Positions 48,397 to 57,994 of a stretch of DNA of 64,000 bases are shown piece by piece. Source of the DNA: an uncultured Christensenellaceae bacterium (GTDB taxonomy: Bacteria; Bacillota; Clostridia; Christensenellales; UBA3700); assembly GCA_910588545.1 (NCBI GenBank), contig CAJUOU010000002.1:96228-160227 (forward strand), given 5' to 3'. Below the pieces are notes generated by a model. That model was not told the DNA's origin, did not search any database, and was given only the letters and a program-made list of their open reading frames with translations. Each line of letters opens with the position of its first letter. The stretch's first letter is position 1. The position numbers and the translations under genes are program-made.

Positions 48397-48460
48397 ATTT
48401 TAAGTACCCCTAATTTATATTTTTCCATTAAAAAAGCGATATAAATCGCTTTTACAATAT

Positions 48461-49054
48461 TTATTCGAACTCAATAAATTCATTTTCCGCAAGCAAAATA
48501 GGTTGCAAATTGTTTTGCTTGATATACTCCTGCCTACTGCTTTCGTTTGAATGAGGGCAAAAACACCCCTTTATCAACCCGTATCCGTCTGCAATTTCGT
48601 ATTCCTTGCTTATGCCCGCCATTATTTTGTAGTCGGAAACACTTTGTTCAAACATAAGCATTGCGCCTGCACTGTTGCCGACGATTAGACCTCCTCGTTT
48701 ATAAAAATCGCAAACAAGTTGCTTTATACCCATTTTTTCAAATTCGTGGTAAAGCACATCATATCTTCCGCCGCCTATATAAATACAGTCTACCATATTG
48801 AATTTTTGTTTTATGTGTTCAAAGTCCATTTCGCCTTTTGCCCACAAAGCACAGGTGGTTTTACATTTTAGTCTTGTACCAAATTCCCTCGTAAAAGAAT
48901 TTACGTACGGTTTAGATTCAAAGCTTGCCTGTGGCAAAAACATTATTTTGGGTTTTCTTTCCATTTCTTGTCTTATATGCTCGAGCTTTGATACTATATA
49001 ATCATTTACGGCAGTCATTTCCTTCATACTTCCGCCACCGATTGCGATAAACAT
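48461..49054 (-). CDS. peptidase S51 (dipeptidase E-like) family protein
   Basis: IYIGGG...GNSAGAM nucleophile-elbow pattern. Confidence 0.65.
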   Translation of the reverse strand: MFIAIGGGSMKEMTAVNDYIVSKLEHIRQEMERKPKIMFLPQASFESKPYVNSFTREFGTRLKCKTTCALWAKGEMDFEHIKQKFNMVDCIYIGGGRYDVLYHEFEKMGIKQLVCDFYKRGGLIVGNSAGAMLMFEQSVSDYKIMAGISKEYEIADGYGLIKGCFCPHSNESSRQEYIKQNNLQPILLAENEFIEFE

Positions 49055-49116
49055 ATTCTTCCTTTTCGTTTAATTTGTAAATTATAAATTTTAATTACGA
49101 TTTTCAAATGGTTTTT

Positions 49117-49875
49117 TTATAAATTTATGCCGTAAGCCTTAACATAATCTTTCACAGTGCTTGCAGGCATAGCATAAGCAATTCCGAATGTGACATTTTG
49201 ATTTGAATTTGAATTGTCATACTGTCTTAAAGTAACAATTCCTGCAAGTTTACCCGATGCATCAAAAAATCCACCGCCACTGTTGCCCGGATTAACAGGT
49301 GCATCTAGGGTTATAAATTCCGTAGAATGAATAGTTTTGATTGAGTGTTGCATTAACCTTTTTGGATTGGAAACCATTGCATGTGCACATAGGGTACCAA
49401 GTTGTTTTGGGTTTCCGATAATCACACCGTACTCTCCCCATTTAACGTCTTCATCTTTCAATTTAACAGGTTTAAAATCATTTTTGATTCTATCCGTTAT
49501 TTTTAAAAGTGTCAAGTCTAAGCTTGCCAAATTACCCGTATTTTTCTCGGACAAAATAATCGCTTGGCAATACTCTCCATTTGCAAATCTGATATCCGCA
49601 GTTTTTGTAGTAGAATCTTTTACAACGTGATTATTTGTCAAAACATATCCATCGGCAGAGACCACAACACCTGCACCGCCCGAAGTTCCGCTACTAGTTG
49701 TACAGCTTATTGTAACTGTTGAGTCGATAACTTCTCCTACTACTTTTTCAAATATAAAGTTTGCGGAAGTCAATGTTACATCTTCTGTCACTTTTTTTGT
49801 AAAACAACCGCTTGCGGTGACACAAATCACAACTAAGATTAAAGCTATTAATATAATTATACTTTTCTTTTTCAT
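49117..49875 (-). CDS. trypsin-like serine protease (S1C, HtrA-like without PDZ), lipoprotein
   Basis: Lipobox TASGC. Catalytic motifs LTNNHVV (His), DLTLLKI (Asp) and NPGNSGGG (Ser). Confidence 0.8.
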   Translation of the reverse strand: MKKKSIIILIALILVVICVTASGCFTKKVTEDVTLTSANFIFEKVVGEVIDSTVTISCTTSSGTSGGAGVVVSADGYVLTNNHVVKDSTTKTADIRFANGEYCQAIILSEKNTGNLASLDLTLLKITDRIKNDFKPVKLKDEDVKWGEYGVIIGNPKQLGTLCAHAMVSNPKRLMQHSIKTIHSTEFITLDAPVNPGNSGGGFFDASGKLAGIVTLRQYDNSNSNQNVTFGIAYAMPASTVKDYVKAYGINL

Positions 49876-49887
49876 TATATCACCCTC

Positions 49888-50826
49888 CTATATAATTTGC
49901 TTACTTTGCAAAACAGCTTTTATGTTGCTGCTGCGTACAGCATAACCTATACCCGCTACTATATGTTCGTTTGAATCCGTACCGTCAACCCTTCGTAAGT
50001 AGTTGATTCCAACAAATTCTCCCGCAGTATTAAATAACATGTTGTTTGTCAAAACATAATTATCATTTTTATCTATTGCCTCAAAGCCGTGTTTAAAATC
50101 CAACCCCGTTACATAAGTATCGTAATCCGACTTGTTGAAATAGCCTTGTGTTGTGAATGAAGCTGCCATCATTTCCGCAGGTATTCCGTTAGGATGATTA
50201 CTCATAATGTCCACACCTGTCATCATGGATTTTGAAGAAACCAATACAGGAATAGTCTTAAAATATTCCGCAGTAGGGATATCCAAAGAAGAACTGTTGT
50301 TATACACCCTGCTGTCAGGCACAATAACTTCCACCCCAAAAATCATTTGCCCAAGTTTGACTATGTCGGTAGTATCGTTATTTTTTGCAAATTTGACAGG
50401 CTTTAGTTTTACACTGTTTTTGTCCTTAAGCGTTAATACATTAAAACCATAATCATTATTCCTTGCAAAATTGTTATCTTCCGTCTTGTAGACAAAGTCA
50501 AATCTGCCTTTTGTATTATAAACTCTGCCCTTATAATAGTTTATCTCAGGCAAATTCAGTTTATTTAACGGAATCGTTTGCCTTGGAACAATTATTTTAT
50601 CTTCGGAAATAGCAACTCCCATAGAATAATAATATGTAAAATTTCCCGGAACAACTTCCACCACAACACAGGAAGACAAAACATCTTCCATAGCATCGGA
50701 AATTACGACACTTCCGATGCCGTCCAAATTATAGTTTCTCTCCTCCGGTTTGCACCCCGTAAAGGCAAGTAAAGCTAGCGTTAATAAAATCGCTAGCGAT
50801 ACAAACAATTTAAACTTAATTTTCAT
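49888..50826 (-). CDS. lipoprotein, degenerate (catalytically inactive) paralog of the adjacent S1 protease
   Basis: Lipobox AFTGC. C-terminal FNTAGEFVGINYLR...IGYAVRSSNIKAVL aligns with FDASGKLAGIVTLR...GIAYAMPASTVKDYV of the neighbour. The GNSGG Ser and NNHV His motifs are absent. Confidence 0.55.
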   Translation of the reverse strand: MKIKFKLFVSLAILLTLALLAFTGCKPEERNYNLDGIGSVVISDAMEDVLSSCVVVEVVPGNFTYYYSMGVAISEDKIIVPRQTIPLNKLNLPEINYYKGRVYNTKGRFDFVYKTEDNNFARNNDYGFNVLTLKDKNSVKLKPVKFAKNNDTTDIVKLGQMIFGVEVIVPDSRVYNNSSSLDIPTAEYFKTIPVLVSSKSMMTGVDIMSNHPNGIPAEMMAASFTTQGYFNKSDYDTYVTGLDFKHGFEAIDKNDNYVLTNNMLFNTAGEFVGINYLRRVDGTDSNEHIVAGIGYAVRSSNIKAVLQSKQII

Positions 50827-51724
50827 TTATCAATGCCTTTATATCGCTGTATAGTTTATCTGCGATATGTAATTTCCAAATTTCCGTATGAGTGGCAGTC
50901 CCTCCAATAGGAATGTTTTGCAACTCTGACAAACTTTCCACTTCAATAAAATCTTTACAAGTATAAAGCTCTGTAGAAGAAGAATAGTCTGCGTAATTTC
51001 CATCCCTCTTTGCTTTTGGGAAAATCTTTTCCACTAATTTGTCGCCACGAATGTAGTAAACAATACCTTCGGTATTTAATGTTCCTATTTTCATAGGTCC
51101 TTTGCAATCAGGGTCTTGCCTCATGCTTATGTAATCTTGTTTTATTTGCAACCTGTCATCCGCAACATCCGTATACGGCCAAATAACTAAATTGCGGTTA
51201 GCAAGAAGTCCCGTATCTTCCTTTGACATAGGGATAACTGCCGTACCGTATTTGTTCATAACGGATAATGCCCACAATGCTACATTAAGCGGTTTGTCGC
51301 CGCAATTATAAAAAGCATGTTCAACAGTTACGTCGCCATTTTCTGTCATAGTAACCTTTATAGTTTTTCCGATACCGGTAACTTTATCGTTTCCGCTAAA
51401 AAATACAGCACCATTATCAATCAAGGTCACATCTACCTTATTATGGTCGGGTTGATAGCTGGACTCATCCTCAGGAGATTTCCAAAGTCTGTGACCGCCA
51501 TAAATTTTCCAAACTTCGCCTTTTTTATAGTTTTTGTCAAGAAATTCGCTTGGACGCTTATTTAATCCAAGGTCATCGGTGTGCATCATATTATCTTCAT
51601 CCGTTGTTCCGTAATAAATAATACGCGGACCTAAATCAGTAGTAACACGTAGCACAACAACACCGTTTGAAATTTCCAAACAATTACCAAAAGTGCTGAA
51701 ATTTACATTTTTAATAGTAACCAT
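50816..51724 (-). CDS. hypothetical cytoplasmic protein (beta-sandwich, possibly mutarotase-like)
   Basis: No diagnostic motif recognised. 11-nt overlap with the downstream lipoprotein gene. Confidence 0.35.
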   Translation of the reverse strand: MVTIKNVNFSTFGNCLEISNGVVVLRVTTDLGPRIIYYGTTDEDNMMHTDDLGLNKRPSEFLDKNYKKGEVWKIYGGHRLWKSPEDESSYQPDHNKVDVTLIDNGAVFFSGNDKVTGIGKTIKVTMTENGDVTVEHAFYNCGDKPLNVALWALSVMNKYGTAVIPMSKEDTGLLANRNLVIWPYTDVADDRLQIKQDYISMRQDPDCKGPMKIGTLNTEGIVYYIRGDKLVEKIFPKAKRDGNYADYSSSTELYTCKDFIEVESLSELQNIPIGGTATHTEIWKLHIADKLYSDIKALINEN

Positions 51725-51815
51725 ATATAACCCCTATCTTTTTCATATCTATTTATTAATTTTTAAATAAATATATCACAATAATATAACTAATTTAAAA
51801 ATAGATATGTTCAAA

Positions 51816-52025
51816 TTATTTACGTTTATCCGAAATGCCAAGCAAATAATCGCTTGTAACATCAAACAAATTCGCCAAATCAATAAGTGCTTGGAAATTA
51901 GGTTCTTTAAACCCTCTTTCCCAATTACTGATGCTAACTTGAGTTACACCCATATAGCCCGCAACATATTGTTGATTAAACCCTCTTTCTTTTCTCAGTT
52001 CAGATAATCTCTCACAAAACTTCAT
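51816..52025 (-). CDS. XRE-family helix-turn-helix transcriptional regulator
   Basis: MKFCERLSELRKERGFNQQYVAGYMGVTQVSISNWERG. Start moved to ATG 52025, downstream of a GGAGA SD. Confidence 0.8.
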   Translation of the reverse strand: MKFCERLSELRKERGFNQQYVAGYMGVTQVSISNWERGFKEPNFQALIDLANLFDVTSDYLLGISDKRK

Positions 52026-52236
52026 ACTTTCTCCTATTAATCTAAAAATATTAATACTTAGATGCCCCATCATTTAAAGTCATTTAGCGGCATTTACCAA
52101 ATAAATTTGTCTTTCAGATAAACTCATTTGCTATATGCAACCACCCTTTAAGATAACAATTTTTAAATTTATTATATAATATTATAATACAATATAATTG
52201 TAGCACAAATATTTTCTTATTTCAATATGTTTACAA

Positions 52237-52899
52237 TTATTTTTGTAAAAATTTCTCATTTTTTTTGTCGTCTATCAACAGCAAGTCATTTAAAACGCTG
52301 TCTATGTTTATTATTTTTTTACTGCTATTCAAGCAGATTCTCACTTCGTTGATTACATCTATCATTTGATAACGAAAATTGGTAAGAATCCTTTTGATAA
52401 ACGGAAAAGCCGAGTAAATACTACCCGCGCAATTTGTAACTGCATAAGCAATAACGCCTGCAATATCTGTGTACTGCATTCCTTCTTCCACACTATCGTA
52501 ATCAATGCCGTAACATCTTCCGTCTTTTATAATAAAATTATCAAAAGAAATATCTTTTAAAATATAATTATCCGCAAGCGTATAAAAGATTTGCAAAAAA
52601 ATCGAAAGTTCGTTGGCAAGTCTTATAAGTCCGTCAACATTATCGCTCATAGTATACAATAAAAATTTGTCTTTTAGCAAATCTCCCTCGATATACTCGT
52701 AAATGATAAAGTCTTCTCCCATTTCTATTATTTTGGGAGCATAGCCGGAAACCGAAAGTTGATTTAATATAGTAGTTTCAATATTCAAAGTTTTTATGTC
52801 TTGATATTTTTTTACTACTACAGACATACCTTTTTCATTTTTTGCAAGACATACTTTATTACTTGTACGACTTAATTGTTTTATTATTTCTAGATTCAT
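52237..52899 (-). CDS. small protein-kinase-like fold protein (CotS/choline-kinase/RIO-like)
   Basis: Lys region VVVKKY, catalytic-loop-like DISFDNFII and a DFG-equivalent GIDYDS. Start moved to ATG 52899 (GGGGA SD). The upstream part of the ORF-track ORF looks non-coding. Confidence 0.5.
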   Translation of the reverse strand: MNLEIIKQLSRTSNKVCLAKNEKGMSVVVKKYQDIKTLNIETTILNQLSVSGYAPKIIEMGEDFIIYEYIEGDLLKDKFLLYTMSDNVDGLIRLANELSIFLQIFYTLADNYILKDISFDNFIIKDGRCYGIDYDSVEEGMQYTDIAGVIAYAVTNCAGSIYSAFPFIKRILTNFRYQMIDVINEVRICLNSSKKIINIDSVLNDLLLIDDKKNEKFLQK

Positions 52900-53101
52900 A
52901 AGTTCCCCATACTGAATTAGCGTAAAAAATTTTATTTCCAACGCAATCCGCACTATGTAGTATTCTATCAAATATTTTTTAGTATAGCAAGCAAAAAGGC
53001 TATCAATTTTTAAAAATAAACGCATTTTAGCTAAAAATATCGCGAATAATTGATAAATAATAGTAAATACTAATATAAACAAAAGATTATTAGGAGGATT
53101 T

Positions 53102-53413
53102 ATGAAAGGTTTAAAATGCACTACAAGCAACTGCGAGTTTAATGAGGGTTTTCACTGTAAAGCCGGCGTTGTAAACATCGATAAAAGAGGCAACTGTATT
53201 ACAAGAATAAAAAGAGAAAACGGAGTAATCGAACAAGAATTCGTCAATATGGAAGTTTCAAGCGAATTTAACTATTCAGATAACGAGGATACTTTAATAA
53301 AGTGCAATAGCACAGACTGCAGTTACAACAAATGTTTCAAATGTGCTGCCGATTTCATCAATGTAGGAGAAAAATTGCTTTCTACCAAATGCAAAACAAG
53401 AACTAAAGACTAA
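53102..53413 (+). CDS. DUF1540-domain protein (two Cys-rich repeats)
   Basis: Repeats CTTSNCEFNEGFHCKAGVVNI and CNSTDCSYNKCFKCAADFINV. AGGAGG SD. Confidence 0.75.
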   Translation: MKGLKCTTSNCEFNEGFHCKAGVVNIDKRGNCITRIKRENGVIEQEFVNMEVSSEFNYSDNEDTLIKCNSTDCSYNKCFKCAADFINVGEKLLSTKCKTRTKD

Positions 53414-53444
53414 ACGAAAATTCAAATAATTTGTAAATAAAGAT

Positions 53445-53480
53445 AAAAAACAGCAGACATAAAAATGTCTGCTGTTTTTT
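53445..53480. terminator. bidirectional terminator
   Basis: ACAGCAGACAT/ATGTCTGCTGT stem flanked by A6 and T6. Confidence 0.8.
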
Positions 53481-53486
53481 ATTACT

Positions 53487-55556
53487 TTATATCAATTTTA
53501 TTTCCAATTCAATAACACCGCAAATAGGATAAATATAATCGATTAATTTTTTATCTTCCGTGCCGAACAATTCATTTATATTATCCAAAAATCTATAAAT
53601 ATTATTATTAACACTACCACCTACAACCAAGTATACCGTTTGAGTTGTTTGAGTTTGTGCAATGTCTAAACCGACAATGTCAAGTATAGTTAAGTTTTCG
53701 GTAATTTGATTGTTTAACATATCAACATATTTGCCTTCTACACTAGCACCAATTAAAGCATTCAAATCTTGAGCTGTCAAATCCTTAAGAGTACCGTCCC
53801 CATTATAGATATCTTGAGCTGTAATTATTTTAATAATGTTTTGTGAATTGAATGTATAGTCGATTTTACTATTTATAGGAGCCATAATATCTTTGATACC
53901 GTCTGTTTCGCTGTAGCAAAACTCCCTGTTTTCCAAAAACTTTGCTTTTATATTCCAATCTGTTATATGCTCGTTAGTATGAACAACAGTGTAATCTATA
54001 CTATCTACATTAGGAAATACTATATCCAAAACTTTTGCGATTGTATCTTTATACTCCGCAAAGACATCTGCTTTCAAAATACTATTTACTATTTGAGTAA
54101 AATCAATCGTATTACTGTCATTTACAGCCATAATTTGTGGCAAAATAATATTATCAGTACTACTTACTTCAGCTTTTTTAATATAAGCCGACGGGTCAAT
54201 ACTAAAAATCAAATCTTCTTTTGGTAAAAGGTCTAATATCTCTTGTGCGGAAACCAATGTGCCGTCATTTATCATTTCGGATATTTTTTCCGCAAAATCG
54301 GCACCTACGCTGCCCCTTATATTAAAAGCAAAGTAAACTCTATTAGTCCCAAAAGAATTAGGGTCATAAGCAACAGTCAATAACGGACGAGAGTCATTGC
54401 TCAAATGATTGATTTTGCAACTATTATCGCAAATGTGTTTTACCTCTATATAAATTTTCCCGCTCTCGTCTTTAAACATTTTGTCTACAATCGGCATTGC
54501 ACTTTGCTTTACGGCACATTCTATCAAACTTGAAAATATTTGTGTTTTGTTAAAATCAAAATTAGCAGTATATTCATAATTTCCTAAAATATCGCCGTTT
54601 TTATCTTTCAAATTAAAAGTGCCATTCAAATTGCTTGGCAATAAAAAGCTGTCAAAATCCATAAATTCCGTAGGCGTACTAATAACAGGTATGCTGTTTA
54701 ATAATCTAAATCCACCGACGCCGCAATTAACAGTCATTTCACTTGTGCCAACTTTTGCGGCAATTTTCATATCAGTTAATTTTCCACCTTTATAGTTATA
54801 TTTTGGTGCACCTTTGGCTGGTTTTACAACTTTTTCTCTTTGATTACCTGCTGTTTTTATATCAAAGTAAATACTAACATCATTAAGCTCTGCTTTTACA
54901 CTCTCAAATATCTCTTCGGAGCCTGGGATAAACGACATTAATCCGTCAATCAAACTATTAAGTTTAAAATCAAATGTATAATTTACATCATAAGAATTTT
55001 TTTCTTTAAGCACAGGTCTTACGGTAATACAGCTCCCTTCCATATTGATTGCATCATTTACCAAATTTATTATAGGCATCTTTAAAAGTCCTGCCAAATC
55101 CCCTACGCTAAAGCCTAATGTTTCATTTATAATAGAGCCTATGCCTTGAAATTTTATTTCATTTATTTTTAACGGTTTATCATTTAGCCCGTCAGCATAA
55201 ACAAAAGTACCATCACTGTTTGATATTACCTCTGCGATAGTTTTATTTGCAAAATTATTTACTATTGCTAAGTGCAAGCCCTCTTTAACGCTTGCGTTGC
55301 TGGAAATACCGCCCTGCAAAACAAAATTGATATCTTTGCCTTCGCCTTTTAGATTGACATTTACATCAATACCCAAAGTATCCGTTGCCGTCTGAAAATT
55401 ATCAATCGACCAAGCATCCCAAATTTCTTCAAGCGTTATCATACTGTCAACAGCAGAAAACGACTCCGGGTCTTTAGGGTCACATGCAACAAGTACTAAA
55501 GTAAGCATACTTACTAGCAGTACGATTACAATAGCAAAACTAAATTTCTTTTTCAT
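53487..55556 (-). CDS. large (689 aa) lipoprotein, function unknown
   Basis: MKKKFSFAIVIVLLVSMLTLVLVACDP (lipobox). Start moved to ATG 55556, downstream of a GAGGTG SD. Confidence 0.6.
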   Translation of the reverse strand: MKKKFSFAIVIVLLVSMLTLVLVACDPKDPESFSAVDSMITLEEIWDAWSIDNFQTATDTLGIDVNVNLKGEGKDINFVLQGGISSNASVKEGLHLAIVNNFANKTIAEVISNSDGTFVYADGLNDKPLKINEIKFQGIGSIINETLGFSVGDLAGLLKMPIINLVNDAINMEGSCITVRPVLKEKNSYDVNYTFDFKLNSLIDGLMSFIPGSEEIFESVKAELNDVSIYFDIKTAGNQREKVVKPAKGAPKYNYKGGKLTDMKIAAKVGTSEMTVNCGVGGFRLLNSIPVISTPTEFMDFDSFLLPSNLNGTFNLKDKNGDILGNYEYTANFDFNKTQIFSSLIECAVKQSAMPIVDKMFKDESGKIYIEVKHICDNSCKINHLSNDSRPLLTVAYDPNSFGTNRVYFAFNIRGSVGADFAEKISEMINDGTLVSAQEILDLLPKEDLIFSIDPSAYIKKAEVSSTDNIILPQIMAVNDSNTIDFTQIVNSILKADVFAEYKDTIAKVLDIVFPNVDSIDYTVVHTNEHITDWNIKAKFLENREFCYSETDGIKDIMAPINSKIDYTFNSQNIIKIITAQDIYNGDGTLKDLTAQDLNALIGASVEGKYVDMLNNQITENLTILDIVGLDIAQTQTTQTVYLVVGGSVNNNIYRFLDNINELFGTEDKKLIDYIYPICGVIELEIKLI

Positions 55557-55765
55557 ACTTTCACCTCTATAAATTAGCGCAAAAATAAACTCTTTCAATA
55601 ATCAAGTTACCCCTCAACTTATAACGATTATTTAGAGAATATACCGCAGATTTATTTATATTATTATATCATATTTAAATTAAATTTGCAATAGCTAATC
55701 AAAAAAATGACACTCTTAAAATAAATATCTTTACATTATCATTCTATTGTGTTATAATTTAATAT

Positions 55766-57166
55766 ATGAAATTTTTTGAATATCTCAAAAATACTTCCCG
55801 ATTGTCATTGTATACACCTATTTTCCCAATGATTTGCGGGTTTGTCACATTTTTTTGTTGGATGACAGGCAATAGTTTGCTTGGCATGACTATTTTGTTG
55901 TTAATCACTTGTGTTGTATTGATTATCAACGAAGATATTTTGCCTGTATTGCCTTGTTTGATATATATGATTTTCAACACCTCAAACAATAATATTTTAA
56001 ACGAGGATAAAACTTGGCCTGTTATGTTCGTATTGGCAATTTTATTAATCGGTGCATTTATATCTCATTTAATCAGTTATCCTATCAAATTTAAAAATTA
56101 CAAGTTGACTTTGCCGTTTTTTGCGATAACAATAGCACTTTTTGCAGGAGGTATAGGTTTTTTGAGTTTAAAACAATACTTAAACGGTATAATGTTTATA
56201 TTAACTCTCGGTCCTGTAATGCTAATACTATATTACTTAATTATGACCTATACAAAACCTCCTAAGGATGTCGATTATAAAAAGTATGTATGCTATATTA
56301 TGATTACGTTGGGCTTTATAATTGTTGCAGAAATGTTAACTCATTTTTTGCGTTCGGATGAGCCGTTTATTGAAATGCTCAGACTTGACGTAATAAACTT
56401 AGGTTGGGGTAACAGAAACGGAATTGCTACACTGCTTGCAATTATTGCTCCTTGCGGTTTTTATTTGGGATATAGCGATAAAAAATTTGCTTGGCTGTTT
56501 TATACAATCGGACTGATTTTTTTCGGATTTATTTTTATTACATTTTGCCGTAGCGGAATATTATCCATATTGATTACTTTTCCGGTTTTATTAATTTATT
56601 CATTTACAAAGGGTGCAAATCGCTCACAGTTACTAATCTCTATATGTGTACTTGCTATCTTAATATCTATATTTGTATTGATAAAAAAAGAGTTTATCTT
56701 AAAAGCATTTGAGCATATTTCAGACTTATCATTTACAACTAGCGGAAGAAGTAACTTATATGAAGAAGCGTTGGTTTGTTTTATTAAAAATCCTATGTTT
56801 GGAGTAGGAATGGGATATGTTGGGCCTAACTTGCATTTAGCAGATTTCTGCATATATTGGTTTCACAATACACTTTTGCAAGCACTTGCAAGTATGGGTA
56901 TTATCGGAGTACTAGCATATTGCTACTATTACTTTGTACGCGGCAAAATAATGTTTAGCAACTTTAAAAGATTCAATGTTTCAATCTCACTTGGTATAAT
57001 AGCTTTTGAAATACAATCCTTAATGGATGCAGGCAGCTTTTTACCGGTGCCTTATGTTTTGATAGTTGTTATACTTACCGCTATACTTGAGTTTAACAAC
57101 ACTAAGGAAAGTAAAACATTTATGAAATCTATCGACGTAAACAACATTGATGTTTGTTCAGCATAA
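55766..57166 (+). CDS. O-antigen ligase/polymerase (Wzy_C)-family membrane protein
   Basis: About 12 TM helices with the characteristic loop region FCRSGILSILITFP...GRSNLYEEAL...NPMFGVGMG. Confidence 0.6.
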   Translation: MKFFEYLKNTSRLSLYTPIFPMICGFVTFFCWMTGNSLLGMTILLLITCVVLIINEDILPVLPCLIYMIFNTSNNNILNEDKTWPVMFVLAILLIGAFISHLISYPIKFKNYKLTLPFFAITIALFAGGIGFLSLKQYLNGIMFILTLGPVMLILYYLIMTYTKPPKDVDYKKYVCYIMITLGFIIVAEMLTHFLRSDEPFIEMLRLDVINLGWGNRNGIATLLAIIAPCGFYLGYSDKKFAWLFYTIGLIFFGFIFITFCRSGILSILITFPVLLIYSFTKGANRSQLLISICVLAILISIFVLIKKEFILKAFEHISDLSFTTSGRSNLYEEALVCFIKNPMFGVGMGYVGPNLHLADFCIYWFHNTLLQALASMGIIGVLAYCYYYFVRGKIMFSNFKRFNVSISLGIIAFEIQSLMDAGSFLPVPYVLIVVILTAILEFNNTKESKTFMKSIDVNNIDVCSA

Positions 57167-57276
57167 AACAAAATTTATTAGAATTTCAATTAATTAAATT
57201 TTAATAAAAAATGCTTTCAGTAAAGATGCATTCCTATAAGGAATTAAAAAAAGAGTTGCACTTTCAATTAATAAAG

Positions 57277-57308
57277 AAAGCTCTCGAACATTTTGTTCGA
57301 GAGCTTTT
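57277..57308 (+). terminator. intrinsic terminator after the O-antigen ligase-like gene
   Basis: AAAGCTCTCGAAC/GTTCGAGAGCTTT 13-bp stem followed by T-rich sequence. Confidence 0.75.
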
Positions 57309-57340
57309 ATCTACACATTTTTAGAAAAATAAATTGAAAT

Positions 57341-57679
57341 TTATTGATTATTTTTAAGATTGTCTAATGCTTCTGCATTATTAGATATTATCATACCGAC
57401 AGTTTGACAGCCATTAATTGCCAAACAGTTGCCGCAAGTTTCACACCCTTTTTCAAGCGCACATTGTCTAATTGGACATAAACTATTGCAATATGGCGTT
57501 TTTAGACCGTTCATACGGCATCCCTCACAATTTATCATTTCGGGAGTAATCTCCACTCCATTCATTTCTGACCAAAGTTTTGCAACTTTTTCGCGTAAAG
57601 CATTATCGTTATTAAGCGTAGCAATTCTTGCATCACATTTTGCACAATCAAGTCCGCAATATGCTATAAGTTTTTTCAT
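57341..57679 (-). CDS. DUF3795-domain Cys-rich protein
   Basis: N-terminal IAYCGLDCAKCDA motif plus further Cys clusters. Confidence 0.7.
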   Translation of the reverse strand: MKKLIAYCGLDCAKCDARIATLNNDNALREKVAKLWSEMNGVEITPEMINCEGCRMNGLKTPYCNSLCPIRQCALEKGCETCGNCLAINGCQTVGMIISNNAEALDNLKNNQ

Positions 57680-57830
57680 AAGTGTTTATCCTCCTAATTC
57701 AATTTATATTGGAATAATTATATCATAAAATGAAAGTAAGTCAACCAATTTAATATTTTTGAATAGAAATATCTCCATATCTCACTAGGCTACTAATAAC
57801 TAAGTTACTCCACTAATTATAAATATCAAA

Positions 57831-57853
57831 AAGCGTGGCTTATCGCCACGCTT
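57831..57853 (-). terminator. intrinsic terminator downstream of gpsA
   Basis: GCGTGGC/GCCACGC stem with a U-run on the minus strand. Confidence 0.6.
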
Positions 57854-57994
57854 TAATCTCTACATTTTGCAACTTACCAATTCCTCTATAGCAACTATGG
57901 TAATACCTAAGGCGTTTTTATTTTATATAATTTCAACAAATTTCTATCGAAAATCGCAATTAAATTGCAAAAATTTAAACATATTAAGTATTTA

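Noticed and set aside
51816-52899. HipBA-like toxin-antitoxin pair (XRE HTH plus kinase-fold protein)
   Set aside because: The gene order is reversed relative to hipBA, and the genes are separated by ~210 bp containing a separate promoter. The kinase-like protein is about half the size of HipA and lacks its motifs. The divergent DUF1540 gene fits a spore-coat context better.
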